DNA of 64,000 nucleotides from an uncultured cyanobacterium (lineage in GTDB: Bacteria; Cyanobacteriota; Cyanobacteriia; Phormidesmidales; Phormidesmidaceae). The translations under genes and the position numbers were made by a program. Of this stretch, positions 19,325-30,446 are shown piece after piece. Position 1 is the stretch's first letter; every line of letters starts with the position of its first letter. The notes below the pieces were generated by a model. It did not search any database, was not told the origin of the DNA, and saw only the letters and a list, made by a program, of their open reading frames with translations. Location: assembly GCA_963799265.1 (NCBI GenBank), contig CAWCWM010000016.1:66260-130259 (forward strand), read 5' to 3'.

Positions 19325-22072
19325 CTAGAGAGTCGATTCTAAAAGACACTGTCGGATCAACTGTTCGATCTGTTCACTTTGGAACTGTTTTGCTAGCTGG
19401 CTGATCTGCTGGGCAAACGGCTGATAAAGACTATTTTTCTGCTCCAAATTTTCTACAGCCTCGACTAGCTTCTTTAGTCTGCCCTCCTGTGCTAGCTCTA
19501 GCAAAGCATTCAAATCTGCAACAGGCGGTGGAACGACTTCGCCCGGATCAGAGACAGACTCATCTGCAATTTCTTCCACTTTCCAAACCAGTTCGAGATG
19601 TTCTTCGAGCAGTTTGAATAAATCATCCGCATGTACCGGCTTAGCTAAGAAATCATCGCCCCCTGCATCCAGACTCATCTGCTGGTCGAGTTGAGCAACG
19701 GAGGCAGAAGAGACAATTACCTTGAGCGATCGCAAAGCGTCATCCGCTCGAAGCTGCTTCAACATTTCAAATCCATCCATTACCGGCATAGCCAGATCGG
19801 TGATCACAAGATCAGGAAGGGATTGTCGCATATGACTCAAGCCCGCCTGACCGTCTTCAGCTTCCTCAATAACAAAGCCAAGAGGCTCCAGCAGGTTCGA
19901 CAAAACACCCCGGTTTTCCCAGCGATCGTCTACAACCAAAATATGACGCGGTTCTCCTTCGTAACCGATGACATTACCCAGGGCTGCTGTTTGCTGCTGA
20001 CTCCAATCTGTAGCCGAAAGCAGCGAAATCTCAAAGAAAAAATCACTGCCAACGCCAAGCTGGCTTTTCACCTTAATCTGTCCTCCCATTAGCCGGACAA
20101 TCTGCTGGCTGATGGTCAGCCCCAATCCGGTTCCCTCAAACTTACGCTGCTGTTCTCCGACCTGTTCAAAAGCCTGAAACAGCTTGCTGACATCCTCCGG
20201 AGCGATGCCAACACCCGTATCGGCAACCACAAAACGAAGCGGCACCTCAACGTCTGAAGCTAGGCTGTCTGAAGCTGAGTCGAGATGTTCAACCCGCAGC
20301 GTCACGCTTCCCTTGTCTGTAAATTTAATTGCATTGCCTATGAGGTTAATCAAGACCTGACGTAGCCGCTTATCATCTACAACCACCCCAGATGGCAGAT
20401 CTGTATCTGGCTCATAGAGAAAATCGATCCCTTTTTGTTCAGCTTTGATTCGGCAGATTTCTACCACGCCCTGTAGAAAAGAGGCGAAGTGAATCGGTTG
20501 GGCCACCAGCTCTAGCTTGCGAGCTTCGATTTTAGAGAGATCTAGAACATCGTTAATCAGCGTCAGCAGATGAGCTCCGCACTGATGAATAATCTCGGTT
20601 CCGTGTCTTTCTTTTTCTGACAAAGTTTTAGAGCGTCGAAGAATCTGAGCATAGCCAAGAACACCGTTGAGCGGGGTGCGCAGCTCATGGCTCATATTTG
20701 CTAGAAACTCGCTTTTAGCTTGGTTGGCACGATCGGCTGTTTCCTTTGCTGCTTGCAGCTCTTCTGTCCGCTCTGCTACCCGGTCTTCGAGTACGGTAAA
20801 AGAAGACTTGAGCTGCGTAGCCATTTGGTTGAACGCTCGTCCTAGTCTCTCTAGCTCGTTGATACCCTTTACGTCTACGCTGCGATCTAGTTCACCATTG
20901 GCGATCGCCTCGCTTGCTCGCTGCAAGGCTAAAATAGGTTTTGTAATCCAGCGAGAAGTATAAAAGCCGAACGCGATCGCCACAGCCAAGGCCCCCAAGC
21001 ACAGCAAGATAGTGGTGCGAGTGTTTTTATTTATTTGTGCCATGAAGTCTGCTTCTGGCACAGTGACAACAATTAGCCAGTCGAGTCCATAGTCATCTTG
21101 CCAGGGACTCACTGAAGCGTAGTAATGTTCGCCTTCTAGCTGCACATCGAACAGTTTGTCTGCTGTGATGGCTGATAGGTCACCTACTTGGTTTTGTAGG
21201 GCGATCGCAACCGCCTGAGTGAGTCCATCAGTACTTTCTAAAGCGCTCAGTCTCTCAGCCGATCCCTCTACTAAGCTAAAGGGTTTTTCATTACTAGAGC
21301 TAGCTACGACATTGCCATCTCTTTCTAAAACTAAAACTTTGCCAGTTCGGCCAGTTTTGAGCTTCTGTAGAAACTGACTAATGTTGGAGAGCAAAAGATC
21401 AGACGCAACAACGCCAACTAACTGGGCTTGGTCGTCATAAACGGGCAAAGAGGCACTCATCGAGATAAATTCTGGTGCGTCTGACCAGTTATAGATCTCG
21501 CTCCAAATGGGCTTTTGCGCTTGCACAACTCTCTTATACCAATTTTCTTCTAGAGGCGCGTATTCTGATTCGTAGACAATCTTCGTACGATTACCCCGAT
21601 CGTCTGTGGCATAGGTGATGTTTCGGTTGTTTGTTCGCGGCGAAATTTCGTCAATTGTAGTACCGGCTCCCTCTAACCAACGTCCTGCTCCGCCATATTT
21701 ACCGTCCGGCAACGCATAGAAAACATAGCTAAGCTCTTTATATATCTGCATCTGTTTCCAGAAGTAGCGCCCTGTCTCTTCTACGTTCTCTAAATTCAAA
21801 AGCTGACTTTCAACAGCGTCTGCGTTGAGTTGATTGAGCTGTTGAGGTAGTTGTAAATACGCATCTAAGTGCTGATCGACCCGCTCATCAATTTCGCTCA
21901 TGAGCTGTCTAGCGAGCTGGTTAGTAGCTTTCTGCCCGTCTTTAAAAGAGAGATAGCCGACTAGCCCAACGGCGGCGAAGATTTGCAGCACAAACGGCAC
22001 AATCAACACGGTGCGTAGGGGCATCCGGTTCATTAATCGGCGCTTACCGCTTTTGGATAGAGCAATGGTCAT
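19325..22072 (-). CDS. Cache-HAMP hybrid sensor histidine kinase with receiver
   Basis: Two TMs around a dCache domain; [39 protein letters not shown]. Confidence 0.93.
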   Translation of the reverse strand: MTIALSKSGKRRLMNRMPLRTVLIVPFVLQIFAAVGLVGYLSFKDGQKATNQLARQLMSEIDERVDQHLDAYLQLPQQLNQLNADAVESQLLNLENVEETGRYFWKQMQIYKELSYVFYALPDGKYGGAGRWLEGAGTTIDEISPRTNNRNITYATDDRGNRTKIVYESEYAPLEENWYKRVVQAQKPIWSEIYNWSDAPEFISMSASLPVYDDQAQLVGVVASDLLLSNISQFLQKLKTGRTGKVLVLERDGNVVASSSNEKPFSLVEGSAERLSALESTDGLTQAVAIALQNQVGDLSAITADKLFDVQLEGEHYYASVSPWQDDYGLDWLIVVTVPEADFMAQINKNTRTTILLCLGALAVAIAFGFYTSRWITKPILALQRASEAIANGELDRSVDVKGINELERLGRAFNQMATQLKSSFTVLEDRVAERTEELQAAKETADRANQAKSEFLANMSHELRTPLNGVLGYAQILRRSKTLSEKERHGTEIIHQCGAHLLTLINDVLDLSKIEARKLELVAQPIHFASFLQGVVEICRIKAEQKGIDFLYEPDTDLPSGVVVDDKRLRQVLINLIGNAIKFTDKGSVTLRVEHLDSASDSLASDVEVPLRFVVADTGVGIAPEDVSKLFQAFEQVGEQQRKFEGTGLGLTISQQIVRLMGGQIKVKSQLGVGSDFFFEISLLSATDWSQQQTAALGNVIGYEGEPRHILVVDDRWENRGVLSNLLEPLGFVIEEAEDGQAGLSHMRQSLPDLVITDLAMPVMDGFEMLKQLRADDALRSLKVIVSSASVAQLDQQMSLDAGGDDFLAKPVHADDLFKLLEEHLELVWKVEEIADESVSDPGEVVPPPVADLNALLELAQEGRLKKLVEAVENLEQKNSLYQPFAQQISQLAKQFQSEQIEQLIRQCLLESTL

Positions 22073-22133
22073 AGTCGTTGATGCACCTTGTAGTCAGGCA
22101 ACCGCTTTTGACAGCACAGAAACTCGACTTCAT

Positions 22134-22205
22134 CATTCCCTCATATAGACCGCTGCGCACTCCCTCATATAGACCGCTGCGCACTCCCTCATATAGACCG
22201 CTGCT
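22134..22205. repeat. 24-bp tandem repeat x3 upstream of the sensor kinase
   Basis: ca(t/c)tccctcatatagaccgctgc(g/t) x3. Confidence 0.9.
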
Positions 22206-22309
22206 ACAACCCGCGCTACGGCAACAGACGCGGCTACTTTGCTAGCACGCTCATTTCATCAATAAATCAACCTAAACCTAGGTCAGTTTCAGCTTAGAGC
22301 AGCTTTGGC

Positions 22310-24733
22310 TTAGCCAATTTTAGCAACCGTCACGCCTTTCCCACCGTCTACTTGATCGGCAGCTTCAAAACTCTCTACCTGCGGATGCAGCTTCAAATAT
22401 TCCTGGACGCCGCGCCGGAGTTTGCCAGTGCCATGTCCGTGAATCAGCCATAAGGGGCCTCTGGCGCGAGCGATCGCTTCTTCGATTACGCTTTCAGCCT
22501 CGCTCACCCGCATCCCTCTTAGGTCCACCGTATTACTTTCTGTTCTGACCATCGGCGCTTCTAGTAGGGTCTTAGCGACAGGCTGCACTTTCGGTTTTTT
22601 CTCAATAGGTTCTGCCTTCTCTCCCTTTAGCGATTCAATATCAGAGAGATCAACGGTCATTTTCATGATGCCGAAACGTACGGACACTTTGCCGTCTTCG
22701 TCGGCTTCTGCGATTACGTCGGCGACCTGACCGCCGAGGCTGGCTAAGCGCACTCTCTCACCTTCTTTAGGCCGATAGCCTTTACCGTCAGACTTGACTT
22801 TGGCTGGATGCTTACCGGTGGGCAGCCGTTTCTCTTCAATGCGGTTGAGTTCTTCTGTTGCTTTTTGAGCGTCCTGTCCGGTGAGTCCACCTTTTTGTAA
22901 TTCTCTAATTACTTTGGCGACTTCGGCGCGGGCGTGGAGCAGAGCAGTTTCTACGCTTTTTTCCTGCTGACGCTTGAGCTTTTCTTCGCGATCGCGCAAA
23001 CTCTGCGCTCTCGCCTCCACTTCCTTGTAAAACTTCTCCGCCTTCGCCACCAGCTTCTCAGCTTCAATTGCTCTCTTCTCTTGCCTTTGCCGCTGGGCTT
23101 CTAAGCCTTCGATCACCTGGTTCACATCTTCATTCGCCCCGCCCATCTGCTCCTTGGCCTGGGCCAGCACGCTTTCTTTTAATCCCAGTCGCTTGGCAAT
23201 CGATAGCGCATTAGACCGGCCAGGAATGCCCCACAGCAGGCGATAGGTTGGCGCTAGCTTTTCGTCGTCAAACTCCACCGAGGCGTTTTCGAAGCGTTCG
23301 TCTTCGTATTTGAGAGATTTGAGTTCGCCGTAGTGAGTCGTGGCCACCGTCAGCCGCGTGCTGTCTGCTAGGTGCTTTAGGAGGGCGATCGCCAAGGCAC
23401 TCCCTTCGGATGGATCGGTCCCTGCACCCACCTCGTCTAATAGCACTAGCGAGTTTGCAACCTCGTTTTCCCCTTTGAGCTGGTCAATAGTATCTAGGAT
23501 TCTACCAATTCGCTTTACATGGCCAGAGAAAGTAGACAGACTCTGTTCAATCGACTGCTCATCACCAATATCAGCTAGAACAGAATCGAACCAGGGCAGC
23601 TCAACCGGTTCTCTGGCTGGGATGAACATTCCCACTTTCGCCATCAGTGCCGTTAGACCTAGCGTCTTGAGGGTGACTGTCTTACCACCTGTGTTTGGCC
23701 CGGTAATCGCGACCACGCGCAGCTCAGGGCGTATGACTAAATCTGTTGGGACAACTTTCTCTTTCTGTTCCTTCTTTTGCTGCCACAGGAGCAAAGGATG
23801 CGTTAGCTGTCGCAAGGTGACCTGTTCTTTGTCTACAAAACGAGGGGCGTTTCCTTCCATCCACAGGCCATAGCGAGCCCGCGCCGCTGCCAAATCGAGC
23901 TTCACCACAGTCACCATCAAATGCTCTAGGTCGTCGAATACCTCCGCTACCTGATAGGTCAGCATTTGACGAATTGCTTCTGACTCGACTTCCTCCTCTT
24001 TTCGTAGGGCGCGACGCTTGTTGCCATTCTCCACGATGCTGTGCGGCTCTACGTATAAAGTAGACCCGCTAGTAGAAACATCGTGGACGATTCCAGAAAC
24101 CGCATCTTTTTGCGCTGCTTTGACAGGCAGTACGAAGCGATCGTTTCGCTGGGTGATCAAGTTCTCTTGCAGGGCTCCGCTCTGGCGCTGCATGATGTGC
24201 TGTAGCTTGCTGTAGATGCGATCGCGCACCACTTTTAGCTGCTGACGCACATTTCCCAGCTTCACACTGGCTCTATCGGCCACCTGAGCGCGATCGTCAA
24301 TACAGCGATGAATCTCTTGCTCTAGCTCAGGAAAAGTCCGCAGATCTGCCACTAGTGCCTGCAAGACTGGCAGATCTTCCTGTCCGTCTATCTGTCTACG
24401 CAGTCGCCTAGCTCCGGCAAGTGTCGTGGCAATATCGAGCAGCTCTTCTCCAGAGAGGATTCCTTGGAGGTGCGATCGCTCCAAAGCCACACCAATATCG
24501 CGAATGCCGCCAAACTGCAGTCCTCCGACCGTCGATTCTAGCTGCGTGGCCTCTACCGTCTGAGCTAGCAGCGCCTCGCTCTCTACTTGGCTAATGGGAA
24601 TCGGCAGCCGCTGCGCCGCCACATTGCCAATATTCGTCGCCGTAAACGTCGCCAAGTGACGACAGAGCCGGGGCCATTCCAGCAGATTGAGCGTTTCAGA
24701 TTGAATCAAGGGAGAGGTAATGAGAAGGTCCAA
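22310..24733 (-). CDS. mutS2: MutS2 endonuclease/ATPase
   Basis: TLNLLEWPRL, ITGPNTGGKTVTLK, DIGDEQSIEQSLSTFSGH, LLDEVGAGTDP, C-terminal Smr domain IHGHGTGKLR; start may be TTG ~24709. Confidence 0.95.
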   Translation of the reverse strand: MDLLITSPLIQSETLNLLEWPRLCRHLATFTATNIGNVAAQRLPIPISQVESEALLAQTVEATQLESTVGGLQFGGIRDIGVALERSHLQGILSGEELLDIATTLAGARRLRRQIDGQEDLPVLQALVADLRTFPELEQEIHRCIDDRAQVADRASVKLGNVRQQLKVVRDRIYSKLQHIMQRQSGALQENLITQRNDRFVLPVKAAQKDAVSGIVHDVSTSGSTLYVEPHSIVENGNKRRALRKEEEVESEAIRQMLTYQVAEVFDDLEHLMVTVVKLDLAAARARYGLWMEGNAPRFVDKEQVTLRQLTHPLLLWQQKKEQKEKVVPTDLVIRPELRVVAITGPNTGGKTVTLKTLGLTALMAKVGMFIPAREPVELPWFDSVLADIGDEQSIEQSLSTFSGHVKRIGRILDTIDQLKGENEVANSLVLLDEVGAGTDPSEGSALAIALLKHLADSTRLTVATTHYGELKSLKYEDERFENASVEFDDEKLAPTYRLLWGIPGRSNALSIAKRLGLKESVLAQAKEQMGGANEDVNQVIEGLEAQRQRQEKRAIEAEKLVAKAEKFYKEVEARAQSLRDREEKLKRQQEKSVETALLHARAEVAKVIRELQKGGLTGQDAQKATEELNRIEEKRLPTGKHPAKVKSDGKGYRPKEGERVRLASLGGQVADVIAEADEDGKVSVRFGIMKMTVDLSDIESLKGEKAEPIEKKPKVQPVAKTLLEAPMVRTESNTVDLRGMRVSEAESVIEEAIARARGPLWLIHGHGTGKLRRGVQEYLKLHPQVESFEAADQVDGGKGVTVAKIG

Positions 24734-24808
24734 GAGTGAGTATGGTTCTATTCTCTATTATAAATAAGGCAATCTTGCAAAAACACGCACCTCAGGAGGA
24801 TTCAACCC

Positions 24809-26029
24809 ACGCTACCTACCCCTCTACTCCTTCAAAAATACAGCGGCGATTCTCTAATTCCCAAGAAGCTCGCTCTCAAACCTGGTAACCTCAAAACCGC
24901 TCAGGCGCTGATTGACCTTTTTCAGTCTGCCGTCGGCAAAACTCAAGGCTACCTCGATCAGCAGCTTCAAATTGAAGAAGGCGAGGACACCGACTACCGA
25001 ATCAAACGGGGACTCGCTCACCTTTTGCGCAACAGCTTCAGCACCTTTGAGATTGTCAGTCCACTAGAGCCAGGTGAGCTGCGCGATCGCCTCTTCACTC
25101 TCTCTGCTACCACACCCTCTACGCCGTCCACCGCTACGCAGCACTTGACCACCCTTGCCGCTCAGCTCAGCTCAGAACTAGACGAGGCAGTCGAACCTGT
25201 CCATATCAAACAGGGCCTCTACGCCGATCTCAAAGAGAACCGCATTCTCACCACCTTTGACGCACCCGAGCTAGCAGCGCTGATCCACCGCTACAACCTT
25301 TCACAGGTCCAGGGCATCTTCTACAAAGCCAGCCACATGGTGATCAACCTGCACCGCAACGATCCTGGCGAATACAAGCTAATGTTCAAATACCTCAAGC
25401 TTTTTCGCCTGATGACCTATATCGAAGGCGAAGCCGACCAGGGATTTACTATCACCATCGACGGTCCTGCTAGTCTGTTCAAGCCCAGCACTCGCTACGG
25501 CGTAGATATCGCCAAACTGATCCCTGCCATTCTCCACGTCACCCGCTGGCAGCTCACCGCTACCCTCCAGTGGAAAAATCCCTACACCAAAGTCGCTCAA
25601 GAAAAGAGCTTCACGCTTACCGATAGCTGCGATCTCGTCAGCCACTATCCGCCCGGAAAGCCTTTCGACAGTATGCTAGAGCAGGCTTTTGCCGAGAAAT
25701 GGGCCAGTACTAAAACCGATTGGCGGCTAGAGCGAGAAGTTGATCTGATTCCGATTCCGGGTAGCGTGATGATCCCAGACTTTCGCATCGTCCACCCGGA
25801 TGGGCAGGTCTATCTACTGGAGATTGTTGGCTACTGGCGACCAGAGTACCTGCGCAAAAAGTTTTATCAGGTCAGACAGGCCGACTGCAAAAACTTAATA
25901 TTGGCAATATCAGAAAGGCTGAATCTGGAAAAAGCAGGGGTGGATACGACGAATACACCTGCAAAAATTGTTTGGTTCAAAGACAAACTCCAGCCAAAGT
26001 CGGTACTTGCGGCGCTTGCAGATGCCTAG
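24809..26029 (+). CDS. DUF790 family (Bax1-like) PD-(D/E)xK nuclease; probable start is ACG at 24809
   Basis: TDYRIKRGLAHLL, IDGPASLF-PSTRYG, VMIPDF...LLEIVGYW; frame open upstream of 25025 back to a TAA at 24761; AGGAGG at 24794-24799. Confidence 0.85.
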   Translation, partial: TLPTPLLLQKYSGDSLIPKKLALKPGNLKTAQALIDLFQSAVGKTQGYLDQQLQIEEGEDTDYRIKRGLAHLLRNSFSTFEIVSPLEPGELRDRLFTLSATTPSTPSTATQHLTTLAAQLSSELDEAVEPVHIKQGLYADLKENRILTTFDAPELAALIHRYNLSQVQGIFYKASHMVINLHRNDPGEYKLMFKYLKLFRLMTYIEGEADQGFTITIDGPASLFKPSTRYGVDIAKLIPAILHVTRWQLTATLQWKNPYTKVAQEKSFTLTDSCDLVSHYPPGKPFDSMLEQAFAEKWASTKTDWRLEREVDLIPIPGSVMIPDFRIVHPDGQVYLLEIVGYWRPEYLRKKFYQVRQADCKNLILAISERLNLEKAGVDTTNTPAKIVWFKDKLQPKSVLAALADA

Positions 26030-26175
26030 GTGGGCATCCTCAAAGCATTATCCACTAATCTGGCTCGATTGAATTTCTGAGGCGACTTTGCCAAATCTTC
26101 TGCCCGCTTCGGGTCCATTTTCGGACTGCAGCCGGGGCAATCTACGTGAACGCATCTGTTAAATCTCCTAAGGTC

Positions 26176-26550
26176 ATGAGCTCAGTACTAGTTGTAGATG
26201 ATAGCCCCATGCTCCGCGATATGATTTCTGGCCTGTTGAACAAGGCGGGTTGGACTACTTCTGTCGCTGAAGATGGCTTTGAAGCCCAGACCCAGATTGC
26301 TGCTAGCCCACCTGATTTAGTCGTCTTAGATGTGGTTATGCCGAATATGAATGGCTACGAACTCTGCCGCTGGATCAAAAACAACGAAGCCACTAAGAAT
26401 GTTCTAGTCATACTGTGCTCGTCAAAAAGCGAAGAGTTTGATCGCTACTGGGGGATGAAGCAAGGCGCAGATGCCTATGTGATCAAACCTTTTCGGCCTG
26501 GAGATCTTTTGGGCACGGTTAAAGCACTGCTAGCTGGAAGAGCTGCGTAG
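26176..26550 (+). CDS. Single-domain CheY-like response regulator (PilH/PixH type)
   Basis: VLVVDDS, LVVLDVVMP-MNGYELCR, FDRYWGMKQGADAYVIKPF. Confidence 0.9.
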   Translation: MSSVLVVDDSPMLRDMISGLLNKAGWTTSVAEDGFEAQTQIAASPPDLVVLDVVMPNMNGYELCRWIKNNEATKNVLVILCSSKSEEFDRYWGMKQGADAYVIKPFRPGDLLGTVKALLAGRAA

Positions 26551-26658
26551 CGTCCTTGCTCAAAATTATTGCTTACAAATCATTGCCCGAAATCTATAGC
26601 CTAAAAGTCATATCCTGATAGCCATGGTTTATCGGATTTATCTTTGGGGAATCGAAGC

Positions 26659-27642
26659 ATGTCTGCCAAACGAGCTGCTTTGCCGCCGGGTTTGATTGTC
26701 CGGGCGGGAAAGTTTGTCTGGAATGCGATGTGGCACACGATGATGTCACAAATGGCTCCGCGCAATAAAAAAGGTGACTACGTCCGCCCTGAAAGCGCAT
26801 TTCGAAGCCGGGAAGTCTCGCCGGAAGCTGACCGCTATCGGCTGATTGTCGGGATGAGCTGCCCGTGGGCACATCGAACGCTGGTGACTCGGGCGCTGAA
26901 GGGATTGGAAAGTGCGATCGCCCTAACCACCGTCTACCCATCTACTGATGAAGGCATGTGGCTATTCGATCTAGATCAGTTCGACCTTCCTTTCCCCGAC
27001 TGCCGCAGCCTGCCAGACTTTTACAGCAGCGCTGAAGCCGGGTACAAAGGCCGCGCCACCGTCCCCGTGCTCTGGGACAGCCAGACCAAAACCATCGTCA
27101 ACAACGAAAGCGCCGAAATCATCGAGCTTTTGAACAGCGAATTTGGAGACCTCGCTGCTGGCCCAGATCTATATCCCGAGTCACTCCGGCCAGAAATTGA
27201 CGCGCTCAATCAAAAAATCTACGCCACCGTCAACAACGGCGTTTATAAATGTGGCTTTGCCCAAACCCAAGTAGCCTATGACCAGGCAGTGGACCAGCTG
27301 TTCGCTACCTTGGATGAGCTAGATGGCAGACTCGCGACTAATCGCTATCTATGCGGCGAAGCGCTTACCCTAGCGGACGTTCGCCTTTTTACTACTCTGA
27401 TCCGCTTCGACGTAGCCTATCACGGCATTTTTAAGTGCAACCGTCGCCGAATTGTCGACTATCCACATCTGAGTGGCTACGTCGCAGAGATTTATCAGAT
27501 GCCTGGCATTGCTGAGACCTGCGATATCGATGCGGTCAAACGCGACTATTTTGGAAATTTGTTTCCTCTCAATCCGGGTGGAATTGTGCCGGTCGGGCCG
27601 GGGTGGGACGATCTGAAAAAGCCGCATGAAAGAGACTGTTAA
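26659..27642 (+). CDS. Glutathionyl-hydroquinone reductase / GST omega (YqjG-like)
   Basis: SCPWAHRTL, TVPVLWD, IVNNESAEII, NNGVYKCGFA, FTTLIRFD. Confidence 0.93.
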   Translation: MSAKRAALPPGLIVRAGKFVWNAMWHTMMSQMAPRNKKGDYVRPESAFRSREVSPEADRYRLIVGMSCPWAHRTLVTRALKGLESAIALTTVYPSTDEGMWLFDLDQFDLPFPDCRSLPDFYSSAEAGYKGRATVPVLWDSQTKTIVNNESAEIIELLNSEFGDLAAGPDLYPESLRPEIDALNQKIYATVNNGVYKCGFAQTQVAYDQAVDQLFATLDELDGRLATNRYLCGEALTLADVRLFTTLIRFDVAYHGIFKCNRRRIVDYPHLSGYVAEIYQMPGIAETCDIDAVKRDYFGNLFPLNPGGIVPVGPGWDDLKKPHERDC

Positions 27643-28421
27643 GGACCGGTTTGCGGTATTACTAGCTGCATAGCAGGCGTGAAAAACTGGCGGGTAATGC
27701 CGTAGGTGACTATCAGCGAAGCAATTAAGGTCGCTAGCGCCAGCATGAACATAATCAAAATCTGGTAGATTGCGGCGACTAGCGGATCTGCGCCCGCCAA
27801 AATTTGGCCGGTGATGGTTCCAGGCAAGGTCACTAGGCCCACTACCATCATGGCGTTGATGGTGGGAATTAACCCTGCTTTGATGGCGGCCTGGCGGTAG
27901 GTTGCGATCGCCTGCGCTGGCGTTGCTCCTAAACTCAAATGCGTCTCAATCTCAACGCGATTGTTCCTCAACGCTGTTACCAACCGCTCTCCGGCAATAG
28001 AAGAGGCCGTCATGGCATTGCCCAGTACGATTCCGGTCAGCGGCACTAGATAGCGCGGGTCGTACCACGGATCTAGCCGGATCACTAGCACCGTCACATA
28101 CAGCATCGTCAAGAGCCCGCTAGTGAAAATAGCTAGCCAGACCCACTTCAACAGCTTAGGCAGATCCCGATCTATTCGACCGCGAGCGACAACAGCCGCA
28201 ATGGTTGCCATCACCACTAGCACCGCCAGAATAGCCAGCGGCTGACGACTGGCAAAGATGACAGAGAGAAAAACGCCGACGAACAGCAGCTGGGTGATGG
28301 TTCTGAAGGTTGCGATCGCGAGTGTCTTTGCCAATCCTAGCTGCTGCCAGCTAGAGAGACCGATGGCGATCGCCATCATCCCAACCGCCCACAACATGCC
28401 AATTGCGCTAGGTGTGATCAT
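27639..28421 (-). CDS. fetB: Iron-export ABC permease subunit (UPF0014)
   Basis: RTITQLLFVG, PRYLVPLTGIVLGNAM, GLVTLPGTITGQILAGADP. Confidence 0.85.
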   Translation of the reverse strand: MITPSAIGMLWAVGMMAIAIGLSSWQQLGLAKTLAIATFRTITQLLFVGVFLSVIFASRQPLAILAVLVVMATIAAVVARGRIDRDLPKLLKWVWLAIFTSGLLTMLYVTVLVIRLDPWYDPRYLVPLTGIVLGNAMTASSIAGERLVTALRNNRVEIETHLSLGATPAQAIATYRQAAIKAGLIPTINAMMVVGLVTLPGTITGQILAGADPLVAAIYQILIMFMLALATLIASLIVTYGITRQFFTPAMQLVIPQTGP

Positions 28422-28543
28422 GGAGGTGTGGTGATAAGAGTTAAGGAAATATATCTACTGACCTAAACTTCCTTGTAGTTTTGTATACTAAGATGAACAG
28501 ACAGTAAAAACTGTGGTCTGACTAGTGCCACGGTAAGGCTACT

Positions 28544-30289
28544 ATGACAGAATTCAATCCCTCAGAGAACAGTTTCGATCGCGACCCTAGCGTTTACTCG
28601 AAGCGCCGTTACGATTGGAAAGAAATCGCTAAATACTACAGGCGAAGGCCTTTGGTCGTCTTGTGGCGCACGCTAACTGTCTCTTGGATGCTGGGCAGCT
28701 TTGCGATCGCCCTCTTCTTCGATCACATCCTCGGTCGCGCAACCATCAATCAGGACCGTCGCGCCATCCGTCTGCGGCAGATTTTGACCCAGCTCGGTCC
28801 CACCTTTATCAAAGTCGGACAGGCTCTCTCCACCCGCCCCGACCTGATCAAGCCCAGCTTTCTAGAAGAGCTAATCAAGCTACAAGACCAGCTGCCTCCT
28901 TTCTCTGATGAAATTGCCAGAGAGATTATCTATCAAGATTTTGATCGCACGCCAGAAGAAATCTACAGCTTCTTTGCTGCTGAACCCGTCGCTGCGGCTA
29001 GTCTTGGTCAGGTTTATAAGGCCCGTCTCTATACGGGTGAAGAAGTTGCCGTCAAGGTGCAAAGGCCCAACCTGCTGCCTATCATCTGCCGCGATCTCTA
29101 TATCATGCGCTGGGCGGCTGGCTGGGTAGGGCCTCTGCTGCCATTGAACTTAGGCCACGATCTTAGACTAATTGTGGACGAATTCGGCAGCAAGCTTTTT
29201 GAAGAAATCGACTACCTAAACGAAGGCCGAAACGCTGAGAGATTTGCCGCGAACTTTCAGGATGAGCCTCTAGTCAAGGTGCCTTCTATCTACTGGCGCT
29301 ATTGCAGTACTCACGTGCTGACAATGGAGTGGATTAACGGCTTCAAGCTCACAGATACTGAGAAAGTCAAAGCCGCTGGTCTAGCGACTAACGATCTAGT
29401 TGAAATTGGCGTTTCCTCCGGTTTGCGTCAGCTTCTAGAGTTTGGGTTCTTTCACGCTGATCCTCACCCCGGCAACCTATTTGCTATGGCTGACGGTCGC
29501 ATGGCCTATATAGACTTTGGCATGACCGACCAGCTCGATCAATCGACTAAAGAGACCCTGGTCGACTCTGTTGTTCACCTGATCAACCGTGACTACGCAG
29601 ATCTAGCTAACGACTTCGTCAAGCTCGGCTTCTTGATGCCCGACGTAGACGTTCGTCCGCTGGTCCCGGCGCTAGAGACGGTCTTTCAAGATGCGCTTGG
29701 CTCTAGCGTTGGCGACTTTAACTTTAAGTCCGTCACCGACAAATTTTCAGAGGTGATGTACGAATATCCTTTTCGCGTTCCTGCCAAGTTTGCGCTGATC
29801 ATCCGCTCTCTAGTGACGCAGGAAGGCTTGGCACTCAGCCTGGACCCGAATTTCAAGATCTTGGAAATTGCTTATCCTTATGTAGCTCGCCGCTTGCTAA
29901 CCGCTGAGACACCCGCCTTACGTCGTCGACTGATCGATGTCTTGTTCAAAGATGGGAAATTCCAATGGCAGCGCTTAGAAAATCTGCTCTTAATTGCTCG
30001 CTCTGATCAAAGCTTCGATATCATTCCGACAGCTGGACTGGGCTTTCAGTTTCTGATGACAGAAGAAGGGCAATTCCTCAGACGGCAGATCTTGCTGGCC
30101 CTAACAGAAGACAATCGCCTACATACTGAAGAAGTTCAGCGACTGTGGATGCTGGTCAAAGATGATTTGCAGCCAGAGAAGCTACTTGGTGCAGCTTGGG
30201 ATGCGATCGCAGACTTTTCTAGAGAACGCGCTGTCTCTCTAGTACCGACCGAACTAGCAGGGGCGCTACAGCTAACGAACATTCGATAA
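28544..30289 (+). CDS. ABC1/AarF/UbiB-family atypical kinase
   Basis: LGPTFIKVGQALSTRPDL, AAASLGQVY, VAVKVQRP, FFHADPHPGNL, IDFG. Confidence 0.93.
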   Translation: MTEFNPSENSFDRDPSVYSKRRYDWKEIAKYYRRRPLVVLWRTLTVSWMLGSFAIALFFDHILGRATINQDRRAIRLRQILTQLGPTFIKVGQALSTRPDLIKPSFLEELIKLQDQLPPFSDEIAREIIYQDFDRTPEEIYSFFAAEPVAAASLGQVYKARLYTGEEVAVKVQRPNLLPIICRDLYIMRWAAGWVGPLLPLNLGHDLRLIVDEFGSKLFEEIDYLNEGRNAERFAANFQDEPLVKVPSIYWRYCSTHVLTMEWINGFKLTDTEKVKAAGLATNDLVEIGVSSGLRQLLEFGFFHADPHPGNLFAMADGRMAYIDFGMTDQLDQSTKETLVDSVVHLINRDYADLANDFVKLGFLMPDVDVRPLVPALETVFQDALGSSVGDFNFKSVTDKFSEVMYEYPFRVPAKFALIIRSLVTQEGLALSLDPNFKILEIAYPYVARRLLTAETPALRRRLIDVLFKDGKFQWQRLENLLLIARSDQSFDIIPTAGLGFQFLMTEEGQFLRRQILLALTEDNRLHTEEVQRLWMLVKDDLQPEKLLGAAWDAIADFSRERAVSLVPTELAGALQLTNIR

Positions 30290-30446
30290 AGCAGCCAGCA
30301 AAAATCTCTGATCAGAAATATTTAGAGGACATGCCGATATGTTCGCTCTCAGCAGGCATAGCAACCGAGGCATCGGCCATAGCTTATAATCAGTTAGCAA
30401 TTAGCCGCGATTAGCTGCTATAAAACACTCACAAGCTCCCGCCTCT

